From the NCBI GenBank assembly GCA_963753345.1, contig CAVWBU010000021.1, positions 229,839-293,838 on the forward strand: a DNA stretch of 64,000 nucleotides. The letters are read 5' to 3'. This document shows, piece after piece, positions 18,927 to 28,469 of the stretch (the stretch's first letter is position 1; each line of letters opens with the position of its first letter). Position numbers and translations under genes: made by a program. A model generated the notes under the pieces. The model was not told the origin of the DNA. It did not search any database and worked only from the letters and a program-made list of their open reading frames with translations. Origin of the DNA: an uncultured Fibrobacterota bacterium. GTDB taxonomy: Bacteria > Fibrobacterota > Chitinivibrionia > Chitinivibrionales > FEN-1185.

Positions 18927-19478
18927 ATGAAACTCCGCATCGTTGCCGGCACCCTCGGCCGGCGCGTGATAACCGTTGACAAGCGTGCGCAGGGGTTCCG
19001 TCCCACGCAGGAACGCGTCCGCCAGGCCGTCGCCGAAACGCTCAAGCCGCGCATTGCCGGCGCGCGGGCGGCCGACGTCTGCGCCGGCAGCGGGGCCATG
19101 GGCATCGAGCTTTTAAGCCGCGGCGCGGCAAGCATTGATTTTGTGGAAAAAGACCGGGCCCGCGCGCACGCCATCGAGCGGCAGTGCGCGGCGTTCGGGA
19201 TTCAGCGCCGGTGCAGGGTGCTTGCCTGCAACGTCCGCGGCTTTATTGATGAATGCGAAGGCTTGTACGACATCATTTTTTATGACCCGCCGTACGGCGA
19301 TCCGGCGCTCGCCGCGCTGGTGCCGGCAGTGGTGGGACTGCTTGCGCCGCAAGGCGTGCTCGCGTTCGAGCGGGACAAATCGGATACGTATCAAGGTGAA
19401 ATGGTGTCGTTGGCGCAATATCGGGTTGAGGTCAGGACCTATGGTGATACGGCGGTAGAATATGTCGCACGGACATAG
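18927..19478 (+). CDS. rsmD: 16S rRNA m2G966 methyltransferase
   Basis: LRIVAG, RPTQERVR, D..AGSGAMGIE.LSRGA, DPPY and YGDT. Confidence 0.9.
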   Translation: MKLRIVAGTLGRRVITVDKRAQGFRPTQERVRQAVAETLKPRIAGARAADVCAGSGAMGIELLSRGAASIDFVEKDRARAHAIERQCAAFGIQRRCRVLACNVRGFIDECEGLYDIIFYDPPYGDPALAALVPAVVGLLAPQGVLAFERDKSDTYQGEMVSLAQYRVEVRTYGDTAVEYVART

Positions 19479-19649
19479 TAGTTGTATTGATGGAACTAAA
19501 ATCGGAATATCGTCGGTGTTGACTTGATGGCTGAGTCAGGGGCGTGCAATTCCGGTTCAACGCTTTTTTTGCTTCATCATCCTCTTCAATTCCATAACCC
19601 TCGCCAATGCAAACACGTATTTTTTCATCAAGAAGGAGGACATCGCCCC

Positions 19650-20126
19650 ATGCCCACGGCACTGTATCCCGGCACCTTTGATCCGATAACCTTCGGCCAT
19701 ATCGACATTGCGGTCCGCGCCGCGAAGATTTTCAGCAGGGTGATCGCCGTCGTTGCCGACAACCCCGTTAAAGACCGGCTGTTTTCTCACAAGGAACGCC
19801 TTGCCATGGCACGGGAGGCTCTTGCGGGCGTTCCCAATATCGAAGTGATCGCCTACGCCGGCCTCATCGCCAACTGCCTGCGGGAGCACAAGGCCACCGT
19901 GCTCATCCGCGGCCTGCGCGCCATCTCCGACTTCGAATACGAATTCCAGATGGCCTTCACAAACAGGAACATAAACAGGAACGCCGAGACCGTGTTCCTC
20001 ATGCCGAGTTCGAAATACACCTATCTCAATTCCTCCATGGTCAAGCAGATCTCCAGGCTCGGGGGGGATGTGGGCGCCTTTGTCCCGCAGTGCGTGGTGC
20101 GCCGGCTTGCGAAGAAAAAACGATAA
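19650..20126 (+). CDS. coaD: Phosphopantetheine adenylyltransferase
   Basis: YPGTFDPITFGH, RGLRAISDFEYE and SSMVK; RBS aggagg. Confidence 0.95.
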   Translation: MPTALYPGTFDPITFGHIDIAVRAAKIFSRVIAVVADNPVKDRLFSHKERLAMAREALAGVPNIEVIAYAGLIANCLREHKATVLIRGLRAISDFEYEFQMAFTNRNINRNAETVFLMPSSKYTYLNSSMVKQISRLGGDVGAFVPQCVVRRLAKKKR

Positions 20127-20965
20127 TGGACTACGGCCTCCCTCCCTTTACAAAAGGCATTCGCGGTCTTGTTGTCGCCTCCACGGCGGTGTGGATCCTG
20201 CAGCTTCTGCCCGGCGTCGGCGCCATGGTGACCGGGCTGGGCGCGCTCGTTCCGTACAGCGCCTTCGGGCATCTGCAGGTGTGGCGGCTTGTGAGCTACG
20301 CGTTCCTGCACGACACCGCGGGCCCGTTTCACATCCTGTTCAACATGTTCACGCTCTGGATGTTCGGCGCGGAGCTGGAGGAGCAGTGGGGCACGCGGCG
20401 GTTCGTGGTGTTCTACCTGTGCGCGGCCGCCGGTTCCGGGCTGTTCAGTCTCATCACGGCCTTGAGCCCGTTTATGTGGTTCACGCCGGTGATCGGCGCG
20501 TCGGGCGCGGTGCTCGCGCTCCTCACCGTGTACGCGCTGTATTTCCCGCGGCGTCAACTTCTTCTCTTCTTTCTTTTTCCGGTGAACGTTCTTGTCGCCG
20601 TGGCCGTCTTCGGCGCCATCTCGCTGTTCGGTGCCGCGCATTCGTGGGGAAATGTTTCGCATCTCACGCACCTGGGCGGCATTGCGGTGGGGTTCCTGTA
20701 CGTGAAGTTTTTCCCTGTTGTGAATGATTACCTCAGGCGCGCCGGATTGCGTGCGGACGAGGCGAGGCAGCGGGCCGCACAGCGAAAAAAGAGCGCGGGT
20801 CGCGAGTACTTTGAAGATGTGGTTGACCCGATTCTTAAAAAGATCTCCGAAAGCGGAATGGACTCGCTGACGGAAGAAGAGAAGAATACGCTTGAGCGGG
20901 CGTCGAAAAGAAACAAGAACAAGGGCGAGGATTCGGGAAAAATTCTTCCTTTCAATCGCGGATAG
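20126..20965 (+). CDS. Rhomboid family intramembrane serine protease
   Basis: WRL..Y.FLH, HILFNM, GASG and HLGG. Confidence 0.92.
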   Translation: MDYGLPPFTKGIRGLVVASTAVWILQLLPGVGAMVTGLGALVPYSAFGHLQVWRLVSYAFLHDTAGPFHILFNMFTLWMFGAELEEQWGTRRFVVFYLCAAAGSGLFSLITALSPFMWFTPVIGASGAVLALLTVYALYFPRRQLLLFFLFPVNVLVAVAVFGAISLFGAAHSWGNVSHLTHLGGIAVGFLYVKFFPVVNDYLRRAGLRADEARQRAAQRKKSAGREYFEDVVDPILKKISESGMDSLTEEEKNTLERASKRNKNKGEDSGKILPFNRG

Positions 20966-21110
20966 AGGGCGTGAGGCATCTGGCTCGGCGCCGCTTTATC
21001 GCATTGGACAACGTTTGCACCACGAAACAATATCCGGTAACGAAGCTTCGGCGCGAGCAGTCCAATAGTTTCGCAAAGGGAAATATCACGGCAATCACCG
21101 GAACGTCACT

Positions 21111-22397
21111 ATGAATAGACCAAATCCGATTCTTGTCATTATCACTTTTATGTTTTTTGGAACCGCATCTCACCCCGCCGCCCAGCAGGCTTCGGCGTTG
21201 AGCCTCGAATCGTACGTTGCTCTTGCGGAAAAGAACAATCCCCAGGTTCGTGTTGCAAACGCTGCGGTCGCGTCCGGAGTTGCCGCATGGAAATCGGCAA
21301 GATCGAAGTTGTTGCCCCAGGTAAACGGACTGGCGGATGCTGGCCGGGCGATGTCGCCGCTCTCGCCGCCGTACAGCGGCGAGGGTTACGCCGACGGTTA
21401 TTCGGCCGGGGTCACGGGCCAGCAACTTCTGTTTGATTTCGGAAAGTCGTATCTTTCGACCCGGGCAGGTTCGAAACTTGTCGCCGCCGACAAAGAGGAT
21501 GCAATAAGTTCCCTGCAGACCGTTGTGCTCAATGCCAAAACCGCCTATTTCAACTACCTGCTGTCGCAGATGCTGTATGCCGTGGCCAACGAAGCGCTTT
21601 CGCAGACCCAAGCGCACCTTAACCAAGCCAGAATTCTCTATGAAACAGGCAAGCAGGCGAAATACACCGTCACCGCGGCCGAAGTCGACGTCGCCAACGC
21701 CACGGTAAACGAGATCACCACGCGAAACGGCGTGAAACTCGCAAAAGTCCAGATGGAGGTCGCGGCCGGCGTCCCCCTCGGCGATTCCCTGATCCTCACC
21801 GACAGCCTTGTGGTAAAGGAACCCGACATCACCAGGGAGCAGGCGCTCGAACGCGCGACCGATTCCCTGCCGCAGCTGGTGTCCCTGCGCGCCAGGCTTG
21901 AGGCCGCAAAGCTCCAATTGACATCTGCGAAGGCGGCGCTGCTTCCCAATCTTAACGCGACCGCCGGCATCGGATACGAATCGCGGAACACCTACGCTTC
22001 GGAATGGCAGCAGGACTGGAACGTGGGCGTGAATCTTGCGGTTCCCATTTTTCAAGGCGGCTTTCTCGTCGCGGCCGTGGAAGCGGCGCAGGCTTCGGTG
22101 GACCAGTCGAAGGCGACGCTCGATGCGACCGTCCAAAACGTCCAGTCGGCCATAGACCAGGATTACTACGGAAAAGTGGAAGCGGCCGAGCGCATTGCCG
22201 CGACGCAGAAGCTCATCGAATCATCGCAGCAGTCCCTGCAGCTCGCGCAGGAGCGCTTCTCCGCGGGCGCGGCGGCGTCGCTGGAAGTCACCGACGCCGA
22301 GCTTGTGCTTGCCAATGCGAAAAGCAGTTATGCCCAGGCGCTGTACGATTACCGGACAGGCCATGCGAAGCTTCTCGCAGCCATGGGTGCATTCTGA
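21111..22397 (+). CDS. TolC-family outer membrane efflux protein
   Basis: Signal peptide and duplicated OEP-like repeats (LLPQV...Q.LFDFG; LLPNL...PIFQGG). Confidence 0.9.
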   Translation: MNRPNPILVIITFMFFGTASHPAAQQASALSLESYVALAEKNNPQVRVANAAVASGVAAWKSARSKLLPQVNGLADAGRAMSPLSPPYSGEGYADGYSAGVTGQQLLFDFGKSYLSTRAGSKLVAADKEDAISSLQTVVLNAKTAYFNYLLSQMLYAVANEALSQTQAHLNQARILYETGKQAKYTVTAAEVDVANATVNEITTRNGVKLAKVQMEVAAGVPLGDSLILTDSLVVKEPDITREQALERATDSLPQLVSLRARLEAAKLQLTSAKAALLPNLNATAGIGYESRNTYASEWQQDWNVGVNLAVPIFQGGFLVAAVEAAQASVDQSKATLDATVQNVQSAIDQDYYGKVEAAERIAATQKLIESSQQSLQLAQERFSAGAAASLEVTDAELVLANAKSSYAQALYDYRTGHAKLLAAMGAF

Positions 22398-22413
22398 ACA
22401 ACGAGGAGATGTA

Positions 22414-23751
22414 ATGACCACAAAAAGCTGGATTCTGGCCGGGTGTGTTGCGGCCGTGGTGATTGGGGCGGGCGGATTCTTCTACTTTTCAAAAGGGAAA
22501 CAGCCGGTTTCCTACCGCACCGCGGCGGTGACGCGGGGCGATCTCAAGGTGCAGGTGACCGCGACCGGGTCGCTCAATTCCTTTCTCACAGTGCAGGTGG
22601 GCACCCAGGTGAGCGGCACCGTTGCCCGCCTTTTTGTTGATTTCAACTCACGCGTGAAGAAGGGCCAGATTGTCGCGCTGCTCGACACCATGCTCCTGCA
22701 TGCGGCCGTTGTCGACGCGCGCGCTTCCCTCGTCAAGGCCGATGCGCAGCTGACCCTGTCGGCGCAGAATTGCGCGAGGACGCGGGCGCTTTTCGCGAAA
22801 GGACTTGTCGCGCAGGCCGACCTCGATGCCGCGGTTTCCGACTCCGCAAGCTCGGCCTCGGCCAAAGCCTCGGCCAAAGCAGCGCTCGACCGCGCGGTCA
22901 TCAACCTCAATTACGCGACGATCACCTCGCCCATCACCGGTGTGGTGATCAACCGCGCGGTGGATGTTGGTCAAACGGTGGCCGCGAGCTTCAACACGCC
23001 CACGATATTCACCATTGCCGACGATCTCACCAAGATGCAGGTGCAGGCGAGCATCGACGAGGCGGACATCGGCCAGGTGAAGGTGGGCCAGGTGGCGAAC
23101 TTCACCGTGGACGCCTATCCGGCGCGCACCTTTGTCGGCACCGTGTCGCAGATACGGCTGCAGCCCACCACGGTGCAGAACGTGGTGACCTACACGGTGA
23201 TGATCGATGTTGACAACAAGGACATGGCGCTGCTGCCGGGCATGACCGCCAATGTCACCATCGATGTGCAGAAGGCGGACAGCGTCCTCCAGGTCCCTGT
23301 TGCGGCACTCAAATTCACTCCTCCCATGGCGCAGGGCGGCAAATGGCGAAGACAAGGCGCAGCGGGCGGCGACTCCAGCCGCGCGGGCAGGCAATGGTCG
23401 GGCGCGCCGCACGACACCGGTGCCCAGGGGTACCACGGCGGAGGATGGGGCGGCGACACAACGCAACGACGCCACGGGCAATGGGCGTCGGCCGGCGCGG
23501 GCGACACCGCGCATGGGCACGGGCAATGGAAGGGCCAGGCCGGTGAAGACAAGGGACATGTATTCCTGCTCGTTGAAGGAAAACCGAAATTCGTAAGAGT
23601 AAAGACAGGACTTTCGAACGGTGGATTCACGGCCGTGGAAGGGGATTTGCAGCCGGGCGACCAAGTGATCGTGGGAATCCTGACAAGCAAGGCCCCTGCC
23701 CAGGCGGTGCCGCTCACCGGCGGCGGCGCGCCGGGAATGAGGCGGTTCTAA
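22414..23751 (+). CDS. MacA-like periplasmic adaptor subunit with a Gly/Trp-rich insertion
   Basis: VQVGTQVSG, ITSPITGVV, GQTVAASFNTP, DEADIGQV and LLPGMTA; RBS gaggag. Confidence 0.9.
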   Translation: MTTKSWILAGCVAAVVIGAGGFFYFSKGKQPVSYRTAAVTRGDLKVQVTATGSLNSFLTVQVGTQVSGTVARLFVDFNSRVKKGQIVALLDTMLLHAAVVDARASLVKADAQLTLSAQNCARTRALFAKGLVAQADLDAAVSDSASSASAKASAKAALDRAVINLNYATITSPITGVVINRAVDVGQTVAASFNTPTIFTIADDLTKMQVQASIDEADIGQVKVGQVANFTVDAYPARTFVGTVSQIRLQPTTVQNVVTYTVMIDVDNKDMALLPGMTANVTIDVQKADSVLQVPVAALKFTPPMAQGGKWRRQGAAGGDSSRAGRQWSGAPHDTGAQGYHGGGWGGDTTQRRHGQWASAGAGDTAHGHGQWKGQAGEDKGHVFLLVEGKPKFVRVKTGLSNGGFTAVEGDLQPGDQVIVGILTSKAPAQAVPLTGGGAPGMRRF

Positions 23752-23756
23752 AAGAA

Positions 23757-23832
23757 ATGTAGATTGTAGATTGACGATTGCAGATTTCAAAAAAAATGGC
23801 CTCCAACTAATGACCAATGACCAATGACCAAC
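23757..23832. repeat. Two heptamer tandem-repeat tracts (TGTAGAT and TGACCAA) inside the efflux operon
   Basis: atgtagattgtagattgacgattgcagatt; taatgaccaatgaccaatgaccaac. Confidence 0.7.
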
Positions 23833-23899
23833 AACCCTTTGTTCGCGGTGACAGAGTCAAACGTGCTTGTCAATTTGTAATGTGCAACTCGGAATTACC

Positions 23900-24640
23900 A
23901 TGACACCGGCAATGATCACCCTCCGCGGTATCTCCAAGGCCTACTCCATGGGCGACAGCACGCTCTGGGCGCTGGACAAGGTCGATCTGGACATTCACAA
24001 AGGGGAATTTGTTGCCATCATGGGCGCGAGCGGCTCGGGCAAGTCCACGCTCATGAACATCCTCGGCTGCCTCGACGTGCCCACGAACGGGGTGTATTCC
24101 CTTGACGGCACGGAAGTCCAGAAAATGTCGCGCAACGAGCTTGCGGTGCTCCGCAACCGCAAACTCGGGTTCGTGTTCCAGTCGTTCAACCTGCTGCCGC
24201 GCACCGCGGCCATCGAGAATGTGGAACTGCCCATGCTCTACAACCACACCGTGTCGCCGCGCGAGTCCCGGCACCGGGCGCTGGCCGCCCTTGACGCGGT
24301 GGGACTCAAGGACCGTGCCCACCATTATTCGAACCAGCTCTCCGGCGGCCAGCAGCAGCGCGTGGCCATCGCACGCTCCATTGTCAACGACCCGGTGCTG
24401 ATGCTCGCCGACGAACCCACCGGCAACCTCGACACGCGCACGAGCGTGGAGGTGATGGCGGTGTTCCAAGGTCTCAACAGTCGCGGCATTACCGTAGTGC
24501 TGGTGACGCACGAACAGGACATCGCGCAATATACAAAAAGGAACGTGGTGTTCCGCGACGGCAAAATCCTGTCCGACACACCGGTTGCAGCGCCGAGAAG
24601 TGCCGCATCCGAGCTTGCGGCCATTAAGGCAAGGAGTTGA
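23900..24640 (+). CDS. MacB-like ABC transporter ATP-binding protein
   Basis: [22 protein letters not shown] and [10 protein letters not shown]. Confidence 0.93.
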   Translation: MTPAMITLRGISKAYSMGDSTLWALDKVDLDIHKGEFVAIMGASGSGKSTLMNILGCLDVPTNGVYSLDGTEVQKMSRNELAVLRNRKLGFVFQSFNLLPRTAAIENVELPMLYNHTVSPRESRHRALAALDAVGLKDRAHHYSNQLSGGQQQRVAIARSIVNDPVLMLADEPTGNLDTRTSVEVMAVFQGLNSRGITVVLVTHEQDIAQYTKRNVVFRDGKILSDTPVAAPRSAASELAAIKARS

Positions 24641-24644
24641 CACA

Positions 24645-25865
24645 ATGCGGCTTCTCAGCATTCTGCGCATGGCGCTCCGCTCCATCAACCGGAACAAGAT
24701 GCGGTCGTTCCTCACCATGCTCGGCATCGTGATCGGCGTGGCTGCGGTGATCGCCATGCTCGCCATAGGCCAGGGCGCGCGCAACGCGATCAATTCCCAG
24801 ATAGCAAGCCTCGGCACCAACCTGCTCATGATCTTCCCCGGTGCCTTTACGGCAGGCGGCGTGCGCTCCGAGGCAGGCACGGCGTCGCGGCTGTCCGAAG
24901 ACGACGCCAACGCCATCAAGGCGCAGTGCCCGGCCGTCATGTATTCGACGCCCATGGCGCGCACGAGCTCGCAGGTGAAGGCCGGCGGCCAGAACTGGCG
25001 GACCTCCATTTTCGGCGCCTATCCCAACTATCTCGGAATCCGCGACTGGGACTTGGCGAGCGGGAACATGTTCACGGATGCGGACGAGCGCGGCGCGAAC
25101 AAAGTGTGCGTGCTGGGCCAGACCGTGATCACCAACATCTTCGGCCAGGGGGCCAACGCCGTGGGGCAGATCATCCGGATCAAGAACCTGCCGTTCATGG
25201 TGGTGGGAACGCTCATTGCCAAAGGGCAAAACGCAGGCGGAATGGATCAGGACGATTGCGTTATTGCACCGTACTCAACGGTTCAGAAGAAATTGATCGG
25301 CTCCACCTACGCGGGAAATCTGATGGCCTCTGCGGTCACGGTCGAGGCCACCGAGGAGGCGCGCCAGGAAATCAACCAAACGCTCATGAACCGGAGAAAA
25401 GGGAGCCAGGGCGACGGCTACGACTACACCATCCGCACCCAGACCGACATCAGCAACGCGGCGAACCAGACCGCGCAGACGTTAAGCATCCTCCTTGCCA
25501 GCATCGCGCTCGTGTCCCTGCTCGTGGGCGGCATCGGGATCATGAACATCATGCTCGTGTCGGTAACCGAGCGCACGCGCGAGATAGGGATCCGCATGGC
25601 CGTGGGCGCGAAGGGAAGCGACGTGCTCCTCCAGTTCCTCGTGGAGGCCCTGGTGCTCAGTTTCATGGGCGGCATCATCGGCATGATCGGCGGCGCGGGC
25701 GCGTCGTGGGTTATTTCCAAAAGTCAAGGATGGCCCATCGCCATCTCCGGCTGGTCGCTGCTGCTCGGGTTCGGCTTTTCGGCCGCGACCGGCATCTTCT
25801 TCGGCTGGTATCCGGCGAGCAAGGCGGCGCAGTTGAATCCGATAGATGCGCTGAGATATGAGTAA
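24645..25865 (+). CDS. MacB/FtsX-like ABC transporter permease
   Basis: [37 protein letters not shown] and ALRYE. Confidence 0.93.
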   Translation: MRLLSILRMALRSINRNKMRSFLTMLGIVIGVAAVIAMLAIGQGARNAINSQIASLGTNLLMIFPGAFTAGGVRSEAGTASRLSEDDANAIKAQCPAVMYSTPMARTSSQVKAGGQNWRTSIFGAYPNYLGIRDWDLASGNMFTDADERGANKVCVLGQTVITNIFGQGANAVGQIIRIKNLPFMVVGTLIAKGQNAGGMDQDDCVIAPYSTVQKKLIGSTYAGNLMASAVTVEATEEARQEINQTLMNRRKGSQGDGYDYTIRTQTDISNAANQTAQTLSILLASIALVSLLVGGIGIMNIMLVSVTERTREIGIRMAVGAKGSDVLLQFLVEALVLSFMGGIIGMIGGAGASWVISKSQGWPIAISGWSLLLGFGFSAATGIFFGWYPASKAAQLNPIDALRYE

Positions 25866-25910
25866 TTCTTCTTTTCCACATTTCTTACAATAATCCATAA
25901 AAAACTTTTT

Positions 25911-26402
25911 GGTGGGGGAGGTATCCCCCTCGCTGCGGCCCGGCCGCGCCGCCTTGCAAACCGGTAATCCGAATCTGCGCGTTCGGTCCTTCGCTACCCC
26001 CTCTTGGGTGGCCCCCAAGTGGGAGCAGCAGTAAAACCACACTTCTGTGTGGGGGCACCCGTGGAGAGCAGTTGAAAAGAAAAAGTGTTGAAACGTTGAA
26101 AAGTTGAAGCGTTGAAAAGTGGAAAATGCAAAGAAGAAGCGCTGACTCATTTGTTGTGGATACCAATTGGCGCGAGAAGAAGCAATTGACTGAACGAAAT
26201 TCCTCTGCCGCGCGTTAGGGGCGACTGGAGGTCCCGCTGGAGCGGGATGCCGCCCGGACCCGCCTTTTGTAGAGACGCAGCGTGCTGCGTCTCTACAAAA
26301 GGAATAGGGCCGTGGCGGCCCGAGGCCGCAGGCCGAGACCGAAAGGAGAACCGACCCCAAGTAGAGCCGCACGCCCGTGCGGCTCTACTTGGGGGAACGC
26401 CC
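25911..26402. repeat. Composite structured element A + octamers + linker + B, with two nested GTAG REP-like palindromes
   Basis: Same architecture as 14112-14554; palindromes at 26263-26302 and 26355-26394. Confidence 0.88.
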
Positions 26403-26568
26403 AGATTCACTTTTCTTTCTTCTTATTGCCGTTACCCAAATATGTAACGGATAACGCGACCCCGCCTCCTATTTCCCCCCAAAATCCCTCTTTGAGTTGT
26501 ATACTTAAGGGAGGAGAATTTTTCCGAGAGTCATTAACCTGTATCATTCGTCAAAGGGGGAGGGAACA

Positions 26569-27996
26569 ATGAGAAAGGCAGCGTGTACGCTTGGAATCGT
26601 CCTCGGCTTGGCACTCTCCGGCCTGCACGCGCAGGTGGCGGGATCATTCCCCGTCATTTTCAATAACCTGGCCAAGGCCACCTATCCGGACAGCCAGATC
26701 TACATCTATTCTATCGGCATGACGGGCAACCAATGGTGCTACATGACCAAGGACGGCACCATGCTGCCGATGTCCGCGGCAGATGCCACCGCACCCGGAC
26801 ACCTGACCAAGAACGGCAAGAATTACCCCAATTACCCTTTTCGTCTTTCCGACGCACAGAATTTCAGGATACCTCCGTCTGTCGGCGGCGGGCGTCTTTA
26901 TATGAGTGTCGGGTCACCCCTTTACATGACGGGAGACGCCGGCGGGGTTCAGTTGCCGGACCCCAACAATCCCGGTGACCCCAACGACTCCGTGTATTAT
27001 GATTGGTTCGAGTATACCTATGGTTACAATACTCTTCAATTCGGCGGCAACACTACCCAGGTGGATCTCTTCGGCTTCCCCTATGTCGCAATAGTCAGAC
27101 AGGACGCCGGCAACGGCGTCACAAACAGTTTTCTTGACAGCTGCGGCATCAACATTCCAAGGGACCAGATCATTCAAAATTTTCATGACAGCATGTCGGC
27201 GCCCTTTCAGGGCTGCATAAGGCCGTGCCGCGTGGTCGCGCCGCGTTCGTCGAGCCAATTCGGCACGGGCGGCGCATACGTGAATTACCTGAAGCCCTAT
27301 CTCGATTCGCTCTGGACGTTGTGGAAAACGGCCCCGCTCAATTTCAGCAACGGCAACAATCACTATGTCGGCACGGTCAACGCCGCCGGAACCCTGGTGT
27401 TTACCGGCGCGGAGGCCGGATCCATGGCGGAACCAACCACGCAGATGGTCTGGGCCTGCGCAGGCTTTCCGGGGTATGTCGGGGCAGCGCTTTCCGCAGC
27501 CATGAACCGCGGCGTTGCCGGAAACGGCGCCGACTATTACGTCCCGTCGACCTACTACAACAGAAGCCCCTACATGAATGAATTTTCCAAGGTCCTGCAT
27601 GAAATCAGCATTCATCATCTTGCCTACGGCTTCGGCTACGACGACAACAACAACCAGAGTTCGGTGTTGATTGTGGGCAGTTCGAAGCCGCTTACGTCGC
27701 TTACCATCACTATTGAGCCGTTTGTATCAGCCCCTGTCGCCGCCGTTGTTCCGGAGAATAAACCCGCCGCTCACCGGCCCGCGCTCCGGTACTTGTCAAA
27801 TAGTCAGATCGCGCTCGGTAATGCAGGTCAGGTTGAAAATGTTTCGATTGTTGCATTGAATGGAAAGATTGTCGTGAAAAATGCGCTTGTAAACAACAAT
27901 GTGGTGAGTTTGAAAGGCCTGGCTGGCGGAACGTACTATGTACAGATAAAGGACAAAGCCGGGAATATTGCTTCGGCAATGGTGTTCAAGAGGTAA
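26569..27996 (+). CDS. Secreted GH64-like beta-1,3-glucanase with a C-terminal T9SS-like domain
   Basis: GRLYMSVG, DPN...YYDWFEYTY, NTTQVDLFGFP, AAMNRG and AYGFGYDD. Confidence 0.85.
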   Translation: MRKAACTLGIVLGLALSGLHAQVAGSFPVIFNNLAKATYPDSQIYIYSIGMTGNQWCYMTKDGTMLPMSAADATAPGHLTKNGKNYPNYPFRLSDAQNFRIPPSVGGGRLYMSVGSPLYMTGDAGGVQLPDPNNPGDPNDSVYYDWFEYTYGYNTLQFGGNTTQVDLFGFPYVAIVRQDAGNGVTNSFLDSCGINIPRDQIIQNFHDSMSAPFQGCIRPCRVVAPRSSSQFGTGGAYVNYLKPYLDSLWTLWKTAPLNFSNGNNHYVGTVNAAGTLVFTGAEAGSMAEPTTQMVWACAGFPGYVGAALSAAMNRGVAGNGADYYVPSTYYNRSPYMNEFSKVLHEISIHHLAYGFGYDDNNNQSSVLIVGSSKPLTSLTITIEPFVSAPVAAVVPENKPAAHRPALRYLSNSQIALGNAGQVENVSIVALNGKIVVKNALVNNNVVSLKGLAGGTYYVQIKDKAGNIASAMVFKR

Positions 27997-28020
27997 CGCA
28001 TCAAGTACAACATGTGATTG

Positions 28021-28463
28021 GGTGGGGGAAGTTTCCCCCTAGGGTTCAGCCAACCGGCGTAATGTGGGGGGCGCATTCCAATACGCCCTTTTTATTTTAT
28101 GCGCCGGTTGTCTGAACCCATACCCCCTCGTGGGTAGCCCCCTAGAGAGTTGATTTGCGAGAAAGTTGCCTCAGCTGCGGGGGCACCGGGAAAGATCGTT
28201 GAAAAGTTGAATAGTTGAAATGTTGAAAAGTGGAAAATGCAAAGAAGAAGCGCTGACTTATTTGTTGTGGATACCGATTGGCGCGAGAAGAAGTAATTGA
28301 CCGAATAGAATTCCCTTGCCGCGCGTTAGGGGCGACTGGAGGTCCCGCCAAAGCGGGATGCCGCCCGGACCCGGCCGCTACCGCGGCATAGGGCCGAGGC
28401 GGCCCGAGGCCGGTGGCCGAGACCGGAAGGAGAACCGACCCGAGCGCAGCGAGGGGAACGCCC
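28021..28463. repeat. Composite structured element A + octamers + linker + B; direct copy relative to 25911-26402
   Basis: Shares a near-identical linker (gttgaaaagtggaaaatgcaaagaagaagcgctgact.atttgttgtggatacc.attggcgcgagaagaag) and the module B core. Confidence 0.88.
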
Positions 28464-28469
28464 AGATCT

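Noticed and set aside
14112-28463. Repeats as a CRISPR array
   Set aside because: The copies are dispersed, long and variable, with no regular repeat-spacer period and no cas genes.
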